A stretch of 34,512 nucleotides of DNA from a virus, in IMG/VR virus record IMGVR_UViG_3300000956_000009, positions 1 to 34,512 of that record. One strand, 5' to 3'. Position 1 is the stretch's first letter. The number at the start of each line of letters is the position of its first letter. Of the stretch, positions 17,928-26,841 are shown piece by piece. The notes below the pieces were generated by a model. The model ran no database searches and was not told the origin of the DNA. It saw nothing but the letters and a program-made list of their open reading frames with translations. The position numbers and the translations under genes were made by a program.

Positions 17928-19832
17928 ATGACATCTCCGTACATCCCAGACTTGCCAGATTATAAGCAAGAACGTTGGGATATCCAGAATAACGAGCTGT
18001 GGACAGAGGCGTTCACAAACCTCGATACTCTGAATAAGTCGGTGGCGACCCTCCAAGGTACCATCGGCCAACCAACCGTGGGTCCACCACAGAACTTGCT
18101 GGTGAACGCTCCGACGGCGACTAGCATTCGGGTGTCGATTTCGGCGCCCAACGGGGCGACCCCAGACAGCTACATCATTCGGTTTTATTCACTGCCGGAT
18201 GGCACCGTCACAGTCATCAACGACATTACGAACATTTCAGCATTCCCGTACACGATTTCCTCTGGTGTTTCGGCAAACACCACGTATCGGGTTTCGGTAA
18301 CGGCTGTTCGTAGTGGCGTCGAGAGCACGTCAGTGTCCCAGGATGTGTTGACACCACCGTCTTCACCACCTGCTTCTGGAATGCCTGTGCCGAACATTGG
18401 TGTGTGGTATCCCGGATGGGGCGAAGGCCCGGACCTTGGTGACGTTGACCCTCGGGCAACCGAGATTTCAATCTTCGCCATGGTTCCGGATGGTGGTCCG
18501 CCGGGCTCAACTGGGGCAGTTCACCTTGCATATTCTCGGCAAAGTGGCTTCAACAAGCTTTTGCAGGACGTTGCATACAAACGTTCGCTTGGCGTGAAGG
18601 TTACCTTGACGCTGGGCGGCGCTGGGTCGTTCACTCGGCTGGACACCGCTGGTCGAGTAACAGCATGTTTCAACTCCATTGTGAACATCATCGATAACGA
18701 CTTCGGTGGTGCCATTGATGGGTTCTGCTGGAACATGGAGTACAACGGCACAACCCAGCTCATCTACGAAACGTATGCTGTATCTCTGATGCAGCAGCTC
18801 AAGGACTACTACGGCGAGAACTTCTTCATCACCTTCCCACCAGCGCCGTGGAAGTATGGGGCTTTCCCGTACTACGACGACGGTGACCTGGCGGAAGACA
18901 TGTTCGCCGCAGGTGTCATCGACGGCATTTACCCGCAATTCTATGACCAAACAGACTTGACTACTCAGCAAGCCAGAATTAATAATGCACTAACCGAAAT
19001 GCCGGTGTGGGCCGGATTCGTTGACGATGACTGGTCAAAGGTCGGTCCAGCATTCCAGGTGAATGCTACCGGACAGGCTAATGGTAGCCAGGCAGCGCCC
19101 ATGAGCTATGCCAGTGCGAAAACTGTCTGGGATACGCTTAAAGCAGCACACAGCGATATCGCTGGGTTCTTTGTCTGGAACTCTGGACAAAACCTCAGTG
19201 CGTTCCTGGATGTTATCTACGGTTCAGTCATCGACGATGGCGGTGCTGCACCAGCATTGTCAACGTTGACCGACGACTTCGGTTCCGAAGACACCGCAAA
19301 ATGGAGTGGATACACCTCAGGAGCTTCGGTTTCCGGTGGTGAGTTGAAGCTTCCGGCAACTTCATACTCTGCCACTGCAAATGCAATCCTGAGCGTTAAT
19401 GCTTACGATGCTCGTGCGGCGTCCGTTACCGTCCGAGTCAATGGTCTTATCACTGCTGGTACGGAATGCTACTTCACATTTGGTTTGCAAAGTGCAACAG
19501 ATCCAAGCAAATTCGTGCAGTGGCGTATCTATCAGATCCCTGGTAGCAACACCATTGAGACAAACATGGTCAACGGAACGGCGTTTTACCAGGGTATTGA
19601 CACATACAACTCGACAAACGACAAATACTTCCGGATGCGGGTCGATGGTGGAAACTGGCTGTGGGAAACCGCACCAGACTCCGCTGGTGTACCTGGATCG
19701 TGGACTACCCGTCGCACGCTCGCGCTGACAAACTTCTTCGATCTGTCCAATGTGCGTGTCTCACTTCGGGCAGAAGGGGAGGAAGCGGGCAACGGCGACT
19801 ACGACGTTGACAAGTTCAACATCGTGAGCTAG
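17928..19832 (+). CDS. FN3 + GH18-like (class III chitinase/lysozyme-like) + lectin-like module protein; candidate lysin or glycan depolymerase
   Basis: AAAGGAGGG upstream. FN3-like region at aa 52-142. GH18-like strands IGVWYPGWG, VKVTLTLGGAGS, IDGFCWNMEY, IYPQFYD and AGFFVWNSGQN. The C-terminal module is homologous to aa 437-622 of the tail tip protein. Confidence 0.7.
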   Translation: MTSPYIPDLPDYKQERWDIQNNELWTEAFTNLDTLNKSVATLQGTIGQPTVGPPQNLLVNAPTATSIRVSISAPNGATPDSYIIRFYSLPDGTVTVINDITNISAFPYTISSGVSANTTYRVSVTAVRSGVESTSVSQDVLTPPSSPPASGMPVPNIGVWYPGWGEGPDLGDVDPRATEISIFAMVPDGGPPGSTGAVHLAYSRQSGFNKLLQDVAYKRSLGVKVTLTLGGAGSFTRLDTAGRVTACFNSIVNIIDNDFGGAIDGFCWNMEYNGTTQLIYETYAVSLMQQLKDYYGENFFITFPPAPWKYGAFPYYDDGDLAEDMFAAGVIDGIYPQFYDQTDLTTQQARINNALTEMPVWAGFVDDDWSKVGPAFQVNATGQANGSQAAPMSYASAKTVWDTLKAAHSDIAGFFVWNSGQNLSAFLDVIYGSVIDDGGAAPALSTLTDDFGSEDTAKWSGYTSGASVSGGELKLPATSYSATANAILSVNAYDARAASVTVRVNGLITAGTECYFTFGLQSATDPSKFVQWRIYQIPGSNTIETNMVNGTAFYQGIDTYNSTNDKYFRMRVDGGNWLWETAPDSAGVPGSWTTRRTLALTNFFDLSNVRVSLRAEGEEAGNGDYDVDKFNIVS

Positions 19833-19862
19833 CATAGTGAGTAAGAATGTGGTTTGCCTAAT

Positions 19863-19907
19863 ACAGAAGCCCCAAGTTCCCTAAAACAGGGTTCCTGGGG
19901 CTTCTGT
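19863..19907. terminator. Convergence terminator between the two genome arms
   Basis: Perfect 12-bp stem acagaagcccca / tggggcttctgt with an inner ccct..aggg hairpin. gtttt follows on the plus strand. It abuts the stop of the last minus-strand gene. Confidence 0.6.
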
Positions 19908-19910
19908 GTT

Positions 19911-20480
19911 TTACCACGCCTTACCAAGGCCCGAAGTGTGCCATGGGTGCTGGGAATAATGCCAGGTCAGCTCGGCGGTGCCAGCAAACTTGATGTTCCG
20001 ATCCCGGCAGTCCAGAATGAACCGCCAATCTTCTTGCGGAAGTGTCCATCCCTCTGGGTGATCGGTGCGGAATCTGATTTCTTTGGCGATTTTAGCAGTT
20101 ACGCATACAGTCATTGTGGTGTGGTGCGGTTCGGTTGGATCGAAAACCCGACCCCTGTGTTGTGGAAATGGGTTATTCCCATCGAACCAGGAGTAGGTGA
20201 AGTCTGCGTTGTGCGCTACCCGAAGCTTGTGGTGAACTTCCAAGTGATTCGGGTAGAAGTAGTCGTCGTCATCGAGAAATGCTACGAAGTCGATGTCGTC
20301 GGATACCTTGGCGAGAAGTCGGTTTCTTGTTTCGGCCGCCCCATGGTGCTTGTCATCGATCTCAATGAGCACTTCGTGGGGCGGAAGTGTCTGAGTTAGT
20401 GCAGATTTTACCGCTCGTTCCAGGAACTTGGCTCGTGGTGGAATCGACGGAATCAAAACCGCAATCTTTGGTTTGTCCAT
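19911..20480 (-). CDS. Glycosyltransferase family 2 (GT-A), paralog 2
   Basis: IAVLIPSIPPRAKFLERAVKSALTQT...GAAETRNR...AFLDDDD (DxD). TAAATG junction with the upstream paralog. Confidence 0.8.
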   Translation of the reverse strand: MDKPKIAVLIPSIPPRAKFLERAVKSALTQTLPPHEVLIEIDDKHHGAAETRNRLLAKVSDDIDFVAFLDDDDYFYPNHLEVHHKLRVAHNADFTYSWFDGNNPFPQHRGRVFDPTEPHHTTMTVCVTAKIAKEIRFRTDHPEGWTLPQEDWRFILDCRDRNIKFAGTAELTWHYSQHPWHTSGLGKAW

Positions 20481-21125
20481 TTAGATCACCAGGGGCTTTC
20501 CACCTGTGTTGGAATCGTGGAAATTGTAGAGCCAAGTACGCTGTGGTACGTGATGGAACTTTGCTCCAGCATCGAGCATCTTGAGCAGCAACCCGTAGTC
20601 CTCGCAATCGCCAGAATTGTTTCCTGGCGGCAATGCGAATGAGCCCTGTTCTGGAAAGCCACCGACTTCCTTGACTAACGATGTCCGACACACGTGAGTT
20701 ACTGGGATAAAGTTACCCTTGTTGCGAAACCACCATTCCTGTTCCGGACCAAACGGCACGCCGAATGGAATCACCACCTGACCGTTTTGCAACGTTGCCA
20801 GTGGATCTTTGCCGTTGGAGAACAACGGGTACGGATAGACTAGATCAGCACCAGTTTCTTCCAGTGCTTGAATGCAAATCTGTAGGTGATCTGGTTTCAG
20901 TAGGTCATCGTCGTCCAGAAATGCGGTCCATGTAGTGTCAATGGACTGGATAATTCGGTTGCGTGTTTTTGCTGCACCTTCTCGTTCGTTGTCAACTGCA
21001 ACCAGAATCGCTTCCGGCATGTGCTCCTGGTTGGCTGCGCTGAACACTGCCTTGCTCAGGAAATGTGCTCGCTCGGGAATTGTTGGAATTGCAACAGTAA
21101 CATCGGAGAGAAAGTTAGTCATCAT
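20481..21125 (-). CDS. Glycosyltransferase family 2 (GT-A), paralog 1
   Basis: VTVAIPTIPERAHFLSKAVFSAANQE...GAAKTRNR...AFLDDDD. Its start overlaps the methyltransferase stop by 11 nt. Confidence 0.8.
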   Translation of the reverse strand: MMTNFLSDVTVAIPTIPERAHFLSKAVFSAANQEHMPEAILVAVDNEREGAAKTRNRIIQSIDTTWTAFLDDDDLLKPDHLQICIQALEETGADLVYPYPLFSNGKDPLATLQNGQVVIPFGVPFGPEQEWWFRNKGNFIPVTHVCRTSLVKEVGGFPEQGSFALPPGNNSGDCEDYGLLLKMLDAGAKFHHVPQRTWLYNFHDSNTGGKPLVI

Positions 21126-22299
21126 AACCTACAATTTCGACCTTTGGAATCGGGAAGATCATCTTACCGCCATTTTTAAGGTATTCTTGTTCACGAGCAA
21201 CGAACTGGTCCTTGAACCACCAGGGGCCAACCAGGAGGCAGTCCGGTGGGTTTGCGCGCATGTCGTCTTCGGAAATGATCTCAGCGTTGATCGCGGACAT
21301 CTTCTTACCGACTTTTTCTGGATTGCGATCTACGACATAGTCAAATTCGAGGTTTGCCGCTTGCCAAATGGTACCGCCCCGAGTTGATGCACCGTAGACG
21401 TAGATGGTCTTGCCATGTTCGCGGAGGAAGTTTACTTTGTAGGTCAGGTCAGCGAGCAGCTTTTTGGTGTTTGTCCGAAACCATTGCAGCTTTCCGGACT
21501 TGAAGAACTCTTCCTCGCGTTGCAATAGCTTGTCCACATTTGGCGAAACGAAGCGCGTCTGAGCGTGGGAAATAACCACCCGGAACACTCCACCGTTGAC
21601 CGGTCCCAGGGTCACGTCGTTGACCTCAAGGCCGTGCGCGTGCAGCAGGTTGACCAGCGTGGTGAGGCAGAAATAGGTGACGTGCTCGTGGCTGATGTTA
21701 TCGAAGGAGTTCGATTCGATCATCGTCAATAGGTAGTTTTGCTGGACAATCCAGATGCCGTCATCGGCAAGGACTTTTTTCACTCCAGCGACAAACGCGT
21801 TTGGATCATCGAGATCGTAGAACATTGAGATTGAGGTAATGATGTCAAACTTGGTGGCGAAGTAGTGTGGTGCGAAGAAGTCCGAGATGATTTGGTTTGC
21901 GTGTTGTGCAGCTTCCGGCGCAAACTGACGGAGTGGATCAATACCGATTCGATAAATGTGCTTTGGAACAAACGATAGTAGTGTGCCATCATTCGAGGCG
22001 ATGTCCAGCCAGTTTTTGGCATTCCAATGAATTGCCAACGCATCGTGGACAATGGATTCTAGGTCGTCCTTGATGGCCGGATTGACCCCAGACTTGAAGC
22101 TGTAGTTCTCGTGGTACATTTCTGATGGCGGTGCTGATTCGGAAAGCTGAGCAAGCGCACACTGCTTGCAAAACAGCAGATGTAGCGGATACTTCGCAGG
22201 CTTTGCATCGTCGTCGCGGAAATCGGACAGGTATTGGTCACCTAGATCGAGCACCGATTCCAGCTCGTCCCAGCCACAATTGCGGCAATACTCGATCAC
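21115..22299 (-). CDS. SAM-dependent C-methyltransferase-type enzyme with N-terminal zinc ribbon (NDP-hexose C-methyltransferase-like family)
   Basis: GTG start. CRNCGWDELESVLDLGDQYLSDF...CKQCALAQL zinc-ribbon pattern. SAM motif WLDIASNDGTLL. Length of 394 aa is consistent with the three-domain architecture. Confidence 0.75.
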   Translation of the reverse strand: MIEYCRNCGWDELESVLDLGDQYLSDFRDDDAKPAKYPLHLLFCKQCALAQLSESAPPSEMYHENYSFKSGVNPAIKDDLESIVHDALAIHWNAKNWLDIASNDGTLLSFVPKHIYRIGIDPLRQFAPEAAQHANQIISDFFAPHYFATKFDIITSISMFYDLDDPNAFVAGVKKVLADDGIWIVQQNYLLTMIESNSFDNISHEHVTYFCLTTLVNLLHAHGLEVNDVTLGPVNGGVFRVVISHAQTRFVSPNVDKLLQREEEFFKSGKLQWFRTNTKKLLADLTYKVNFLREHGKTIYVYGASTRGGTIWQAANLEFDYVVDRNPEKVGKKMSAINAEIISEDDMRANPPDCLLVGPWWFKDQFVAREQEYLKNGGKMIFPIPKVEIVGYDD

Positions 22300-23261
22300 T
22301 TCTTTACCTTCCGCTTATCTGCGCGATTCGGCTGGAGGTACTCACGCTTTGCCGGTGGTTTGAGTTCCTTCCGCCAGTAGTCCAGTGTGTCTACCAGGGT
22401 TTGCTCAAGTGGAATTTCTGGCTTCCAACCGGTAATGGTGTGGAACTTCTCACAACTTGGCTCAGGCAGCCGTTCTGGACCAGTCTGATAGCCGAGTCGG
22501 TACAGCCCAGGATCAGACTTCACCTTAATCTCGGCGGTTGCCTTGCTAATGAGCAGATCTAGAACCTCTTGCATTCGTACTGAGTTTGGCGAGCAGAGGT
22601 TATAGATGCCAGATTCCAGATAAATCGCACGCTCATAGGCCCGAACGATGTCTCGCACATCAGTATAATTTCGCATTGCTCGAAGATCTCCGTGCTCGAC
22701 ATACTCTCGCTCACCGAGTTCGCATTCCACGATCTTCTTGGCAAATGACGGAATGGCATACACTGAGGCATGACCGGGTCCTGTGTGGTTGAATGCCCGA
22801 GTTACCACAACATTGATCTTGTGCAGTTTCGCGTAGACAAGACCAAGCTGACCGGCAGCCAGCTTGGAAACACCGTACGGCGTATCTGGTGTAGGAACGG
22901 TTTCTTCGGTAATGAGATCAGACGTTGCATAGCCGTACTCTGCTGATGTTCCAGCAAGCATGACGCGAGCCCGATTACCGGTGTTCTTTACCGATTCCAG
23001 CACGTTGAAGGTACCGATGGTGTTGACTTCCAGTGCCCGACGCGGGTCGGTCGTACCTTCCGGGACAAATGCTTGGGCAGCTAGGTGGAAAATAAGATCT
23101 GGGTTGACCTGCTCGACATAGCTACGAATCTGCTCGTAGTCGCGAATGTCCGCACGCTGCTGGATGTCGAAACCATGCACTCGATATCCACAACGGTACA
23201 GGTACGGGACAAGATGCTTACCGACAAAGCCTAGATGTCCGGTAACCAGTACATCTTTCAT
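22296..23261 (-). CDS. Extended short-chain dehydrogenase/reductase: NDP-sugar epimerase/dehydratase/reductase
   Basis: Rossmann motif VTGHLGFVG, catalytic GTSAEYG...YGVSKLA (YxxxK) and RAFNHTGPG. GTGA overlap with the next gene. Confidence 0.8.
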   Translation of the reverse strand: MKDVLVTGHLGFVGKHLVPYLYRCGYRVHGFDIQQRADIRDYEQIRSYVEQVNPDLIFHLAAQAFVPEGTTDPRRALEVNTIGTFNVLESVKNTGNRARVMLAGTSAEYGYATSDLITEETVPTPDTPYGVSKLAAGQLGLVYAKLHKINVVVTRAFNHTGPGHASVYAIPSFAKKIVECELGEREYVEHGDLRAMRNYTDVRDIVRAYERAIYLESGIYNLCSPNSVRMQEVLDLLISKATAEIKVKSDPGLYRLGYQTGPERLPEPSCEKFHTITGWKPEIPLEQTLVDTLDYWRKELKPPAKREYLQPNRADKRKVKK

Positions 23262-23980
23262 GCCTTTGCCTTTCCGAGCTGGTACTCCGCAATCTTACGG
23301 ATGAGTTTCTTCGCATCCGCCTCACGTTCGTGCGCTGTCTCAAGGAACTTTTGTCCGGGGTTTTGTGTTGCTTGCAGCGCAAAACGTTCCTCGTAGGTGG
23401 AATCCCACACAGCCTTTGCCGCTGCTGGGTGCATGTGCTCAGTGTAAAGTTCTGGAATGAAGTGGAATCGACCGATTCGCCGAGCTACATCGACCAACCA
23501 GGTGTCTGCGTAGTCACCAGCAAAGTACTCTGGAACAAAGTAGTTGGTGGTTTCCATCCAGGTACGGTGAATAAACGGGTGCGTCGCGTGGTTGGCATCG
23601 TGTAGTCCGTCTCGGCCATACACCAGGACGATATTGTCTGGGTATTGGGCGAAAGCATCCGCAACGAGGTCGTTCCAGCCAGAAGTTCGGTACACCACAT
23701 CGTCATCGGAAAGTCCTAGCACGTCGCCAGAAGCTTTCTTTGCACAGAAATTGTGCATCATCGCGATGTTCCGGTTGCGGTCACCACGGACGCCGGTCAC
23801 CTGAGCACCGAAAGCACGGCGCAAATCAGTAACGGTGTTCAGCGTCTCCTCGTCGTCATTGTCTACGAAGAAGACGATTTCGGTCTCGTGGTTTGACGAA
23901 GCGTTGTGCAGGACCGATTCGGTCATCCGGACAACGTTCCGTGGCCGACCACGAGTGGGGCAAAGCAGGCTAATCTTCAT
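23258..23980 (-). CDS. GT-A fold glycosyltransferase
   Basis: ISLLCPTRGRP...IVFFVDNDD...GLSDDD (DxD). ATGA overlap downstream and TAATG overlap upstream. Confidence 0.65.
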   Translation of the reverse strand: MKISLLCPTRGRPRNVVRMTESVLHNASSNHETEIVFFVDNDDEETLNTVTDLRRAFGAQVTGVRGDRNRNIAMMHNFCAKKASGDVLGLSDDDVVYRTSGWNDLVADAFAQYPDNIVLVYGRDGLHDANHATHPFIHRTWMETTNYFVPEYFAGDYADTWLVDVARRIGRFHFIPELYTEHMHPAAAKAVWDSTYEERFALQATQNPGQKFLETAHEREADAKKLIRKIAEYQLGKAKA

Positions 23981-25026
23981 TACTTATCCAACCCATAGGC
24001 GTCGATGTACTTGGTGTAGTGCTCCTGAATGGTGAACTTCTTGGCGTATTCCTTCGCCTTCGCACCCATCTCCTTCCGCATATCCGCATCGTTGATGAGA
24101 TCACGCATATACTTGGTGAATTGGTATGGTTGGTTGAAGAGGAAGCCGGTCTCACCGTGCTGCACAAAGTCTCGATATGGTCCAACGTTCGAAGCTACAC
24201 ATGGGATACCGAATGCGGCGTATTCCAGTGCTTTGATGTAAGATTTCGATTGGTTGAACTTGGTGTCTAGTAGTGGCGCAATACCAATATCGAAGCCAAA
24301 GGTCTTGAAGTAGTCACCTTCGATGATGTTCTGGAATGGAAGGTGCACACTCTTGACGAAATTGTTCTCATACAAGTGACCCATAAACAGGAACCAGGCC
24401 GGATCATTTTGGACGAGTAGTTGGGCCATTTCGTTTTGGATGGTGTTAAAGTCTGCTCGGTGGGTCAGCGAACCGGTGTAACCGATAATGATGGACTTTT
24501 CCCGATCGATGTCCGAGCCAAAATCGATTTCTGCTGGCGTGTCCATCACGGTTGCGTCAATGTAGTTCGGAATTACCACAATGTTGTCATTGTAAGGCCG
24601 AAGCACTTCGGCTAGCGGGTCAGTTGAAACGGTAACGAGGTCAGCAGCCTTGACGTTTTCGATGATGTTGTTTTGGATTTCCGGGTGGGTGAAATAGTGG
24701 TAGACGTTTTGATCGTCCTTGTCCCGGTCAATGCTGAGGAAATCGTCATCGATTTCGTAGACAAGGAGCTTGTTGTGCTTCTTCTGCCGCTTGAGCCAAG
24801 CAAGTCGTTGCCATCCAGTAGATGGGTCTAGCTTGCATGTACGTTGTGCCACCACAACATCCGCTGAATCGACGTAGCCAGACCAGTTCACGTCGCCAGC
24901 AACTTGGTATCCATGATTGGATAGTTCCGCATATGGGTTGACAATGCGGTAATAACCACAACCCATCATGTCAGCCATCCAGCCGAAAACCCGCTTGGGC
25001 ATATATCCTCCAATGCAAACACGCAT
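23980..25026 (-). CDS. Glycosyltransferase group 1 (GT4, GT-B fold)
   Basis: C-terminal signature KALEYAAFGIPCVASNVGPYRDFVQHGETGFLF. 348 aa. Confidence 0.8.
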   Translation of the reverse strand: MRVCIGGYMPKRVFGWMADMMGCGYYRIVNPYAELSNHGYQVAGDVNWSGYVDSADVVVAQRTCKLDPSTGWQRLAWLKRQKKHNKLLVYEIDDDFLSIDRDKDDQNVYHYFTHPEIQNNIIENVKAADLVTVSTDPLAEVLRPYNDNIVVIPNYIDATVMDTPAEIDFGSDIDREKSIIIGYTGSLTHRADFNTIQNEMAQLLVQNDPAWFLFMGHLYENNFVKSVHLPFQNIIEGDYFKTFGFDIGIAPLLDTKFNQSKSYIKALEYAAFGIPCVASNVGPYRDFVQHGETGFLFNQPYQFTKYMRDLINDADMRKEMGAKAKEYAKKFTIQEHYTKYIDAYGLDK

Positions 25027-25047
25027 AGCCCCTCCGGAGAGGGGCTA
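25026..25047 (-). promoter_or_regulatory. 9-bp stem-loop enclosing the Shine-Dalgarno sequence and start codon of the GT4 gene
   Basis: On the minus strand, tagcccctc / tccg / gaggggcta runs straight into tg of the ATG, and GGAGGGG is base-paired in the stem. Confidence 0.45.
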
Positions 25048-25053
25048 CACAAA

Positions 25054-25245
25054 TTACTCTTCGCCAAGTAGTGCGCGTGGACTCTTCAAGTCAATGAAGA
25101 TCTTCTCATAACCACGCTTTGTCGGGTGTCCGATAAGCTTGGCTACTGGTTGTCCGATTCCCACAATCTCGAATTCGTATCCATTTCCAGACAGGAAGTT
25201 GAACGACTCGATGAGTGTGGTTACGACTTTGTCAACCTCAGACAT
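25054..25245 (-). CDS. Hypothetical small protein (63 aa)
   Basis: GAAAGG lies 6 nt upstream of the ATG. The ORF is co-oriented inside the glycan operon. Confidence 0.55.
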   Translation of the reverse strand: MSEVDKVVTTLIESFNFLSGNGYEFEIVGIGQPVAKLIGHPTKRGYEKIFIDLKSPRALLGEE

Positions 25246-25297
25246 GCTGGCCTTTCAGTTACAGATAACTTTAGTCACACAGATGTGACCGAGTCGG

Positions 25298-25471
25298 TTA
25301 CAGATTTTCGTCATGTTTGAGGATTTCGTCTTCTGTTGTGAAGACTCTACGTGTTCCTTCAACTTCGTTTCCATATTCATCTAAATCCCAAGATGTCGCT
25401 ACTACTTCTACTTGCTCAGTAATTTCAGATTTGAATGACACAAACTCTGCATGACGAACTCCTGTGTTCAT
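25298..25471 (-). CDS. Hypothetical small acidic protein (57 aa; below the ORF-track cutoff)
   Basis: ATGA start/stop overlap with the synthase gene. Hand translation: MNTGVRHAEFVSFKSEITEQVEVVATSWDLDEYGNEVEGTRRVFTTEDEILKHDENL. Confidence 0.45.
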   Translation of the reverse strand: MNTGVRHAEFVSFKSEITEQVEVVATSWDLDEYGNEVEGTRRVFTTEDEILKHDENL

Positions 25472-26841
25472 GCCCCTACCTCAACTACTTTCCTGGTAGA
25501 CCAGCCGGTTTTGAGACAGGTGAACATTCCCACATATCGTAGGAACCAACCGATATAGAGGTTCAATGTTGACGATAGTGGAGCTAGCAGGTAAATAACG
25601 AAACGCTGTCGTGCACTGGTTGTCGGCAGTACTGCGGTCAGGTATGGCAAGGACACCACATAGGAAAGTCCAACAATCCATACCCAGAACATCCAGGGGA
25701 CTGACAGGTTGGTAATAGGGCCGACCAGGAGAGCAAGCGGGATTACTGCGGTGTAGAACACGAAACTCAGGAACTGCCAGAAGGTCAGCCACCAAATTGG
25801 GCTACGGATAGAAAATGTTCGCATCAGCCATAGGTTTCCCCAAAACCAGGAACGGTGCCACCGAACTCGTTGCTTTCGTAGGTGGCTCATGTTCTCCGGG
25901 TGTAGGGTGTACCCGTGTGCAGAGCGTTGGAAAAGTGTCTTTCCTTCTAGCAGGCAATATCGAGTCATCATTGCATCGTCGCCATAGCTCATCCGGCGAC
26001 CGAAAATCTTATGTGTCATGTAGTGGTGTCGGTATTTGCGCCAAACAAACGCTCGATAGAATGCGAGTCCACCGGTGTTCACGCCAACTGAGTTGAGCAT
26101 GGCGTACGATGCTCGACCGTTCAGGAACGAACAGATGAAGGAAATCTCAATCAGTCTGGTCAGCAAGTTTTTGCTGTGGTTTTTGCCTGTCAGGAAACCG
26201 CAGACTGACATAACTTTGCGATCTGCAAATGGTTTTAGCCCATTTTCGTAGCAGTGTTCGTCTGCAAGCTCCACGTCAGAATCGACCGTGGCAATGTAGT
26301 CAGCACCCGGGCAAGCGTCCACAGCGAGCATCTGGGCGGCTCGTTTGTCGCCCTGTGGGTTGAAGGAGTACGCGATGTTCGGGGTGATGGTCCGGTACCG
26401 ACCAACGTATCGATGATCTTGGATGGTAACGGTGCGCTCTGCATACTCCTGAACAATTTCAGCCAGTTTCGGAACGTAGCCTGGGTTTCCATTTTCTACC
26501 ACATGAATTTTGTTTGATTGCCGAGTCTGTCTGATGATGGAATCCAGACATGCTCGGAACATCGTTTCGTCTTCATTGTGTGCTGGAATCACGGTAAGCA
26601 GATACCGTGAATCGTTAATGAGCGACTTTTGGAGTGGTGTGATGTTGCTTTTGTCTCGGTGGAAATGTGGGGCAATTGCGGTAAGCACTAATGCCAGGAA
26701 GGATAGTAGCATTACCACGCGGAGATTGTGGAAGTGATTTTCTAAAATTTCGTTATAGTGGTAATATGCAAGGGCACATGCTGCGCCTATCGCCAGAGTG
26801 GTGACAAGCGCAGCAAGCCTTGACCGATTTTGGTAATTCAC
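25468..26841 (-). CDS. Integral-membrane processive GT2 polysaccharide synthase (NodC / hyaluronan synthase / chitin synthase-like)
   Basis: GTG start. Motifs in family order: VIPAHNED, GDKRAAQ, VDSDV (26275..26286), NTGGLAFYR, GDDAMMT and QRVRW (25858..25872). Two N-terminal and several C-terminal TM segments. Confidence 0.85.
   Translation of the reverse strand: MNYQNRSRLAALVTTLAIGAACALAYYHYNEILENHFHNLRVVMLLSFLALVLTAIAPHFHRDKSNITPLQKSLINDSRYLLTVIPAHNEDETMFRACLDSIIRQTRQSNKIHVVENGNPGYVPKLAEIVQEYAERTVTIQDHRYVGRYRTITPNIAYSFNPQGDKRAAQMLAVDACPGADYIATVDSDVELADEHCYENGLKPFADRKVMSVCGFLTGKNHSKNLLTRLIEISFICSFLNGRASYAMLNSVGVNTGGLAFYRAFVWRKYRHHYMTHKIFGRRMSYGDDAMMTRYCLLEGKTLFQRSAHGYTLHPENMSHLRKQRVRWHRSWFWGNLWLMRTFSIRSPIWWLTFWQFLSFVFYTAVIPLALLVGPITNLSVPWMFWVWIVGLSYVVSLPYLTAVLPTTSARQRFVIYLLAPLSSTLNLYIGWFLRYVGMFTCLKTGWSTRKVVEVGA

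Noticed and set aside
19854-20399. 181-aa plus-strand ORF downstream of the GH18 gene
   Set aside because: It starts inside the convergence terminator and is antisense to a glycosyltransferase gene that has clear GT-A motifs.
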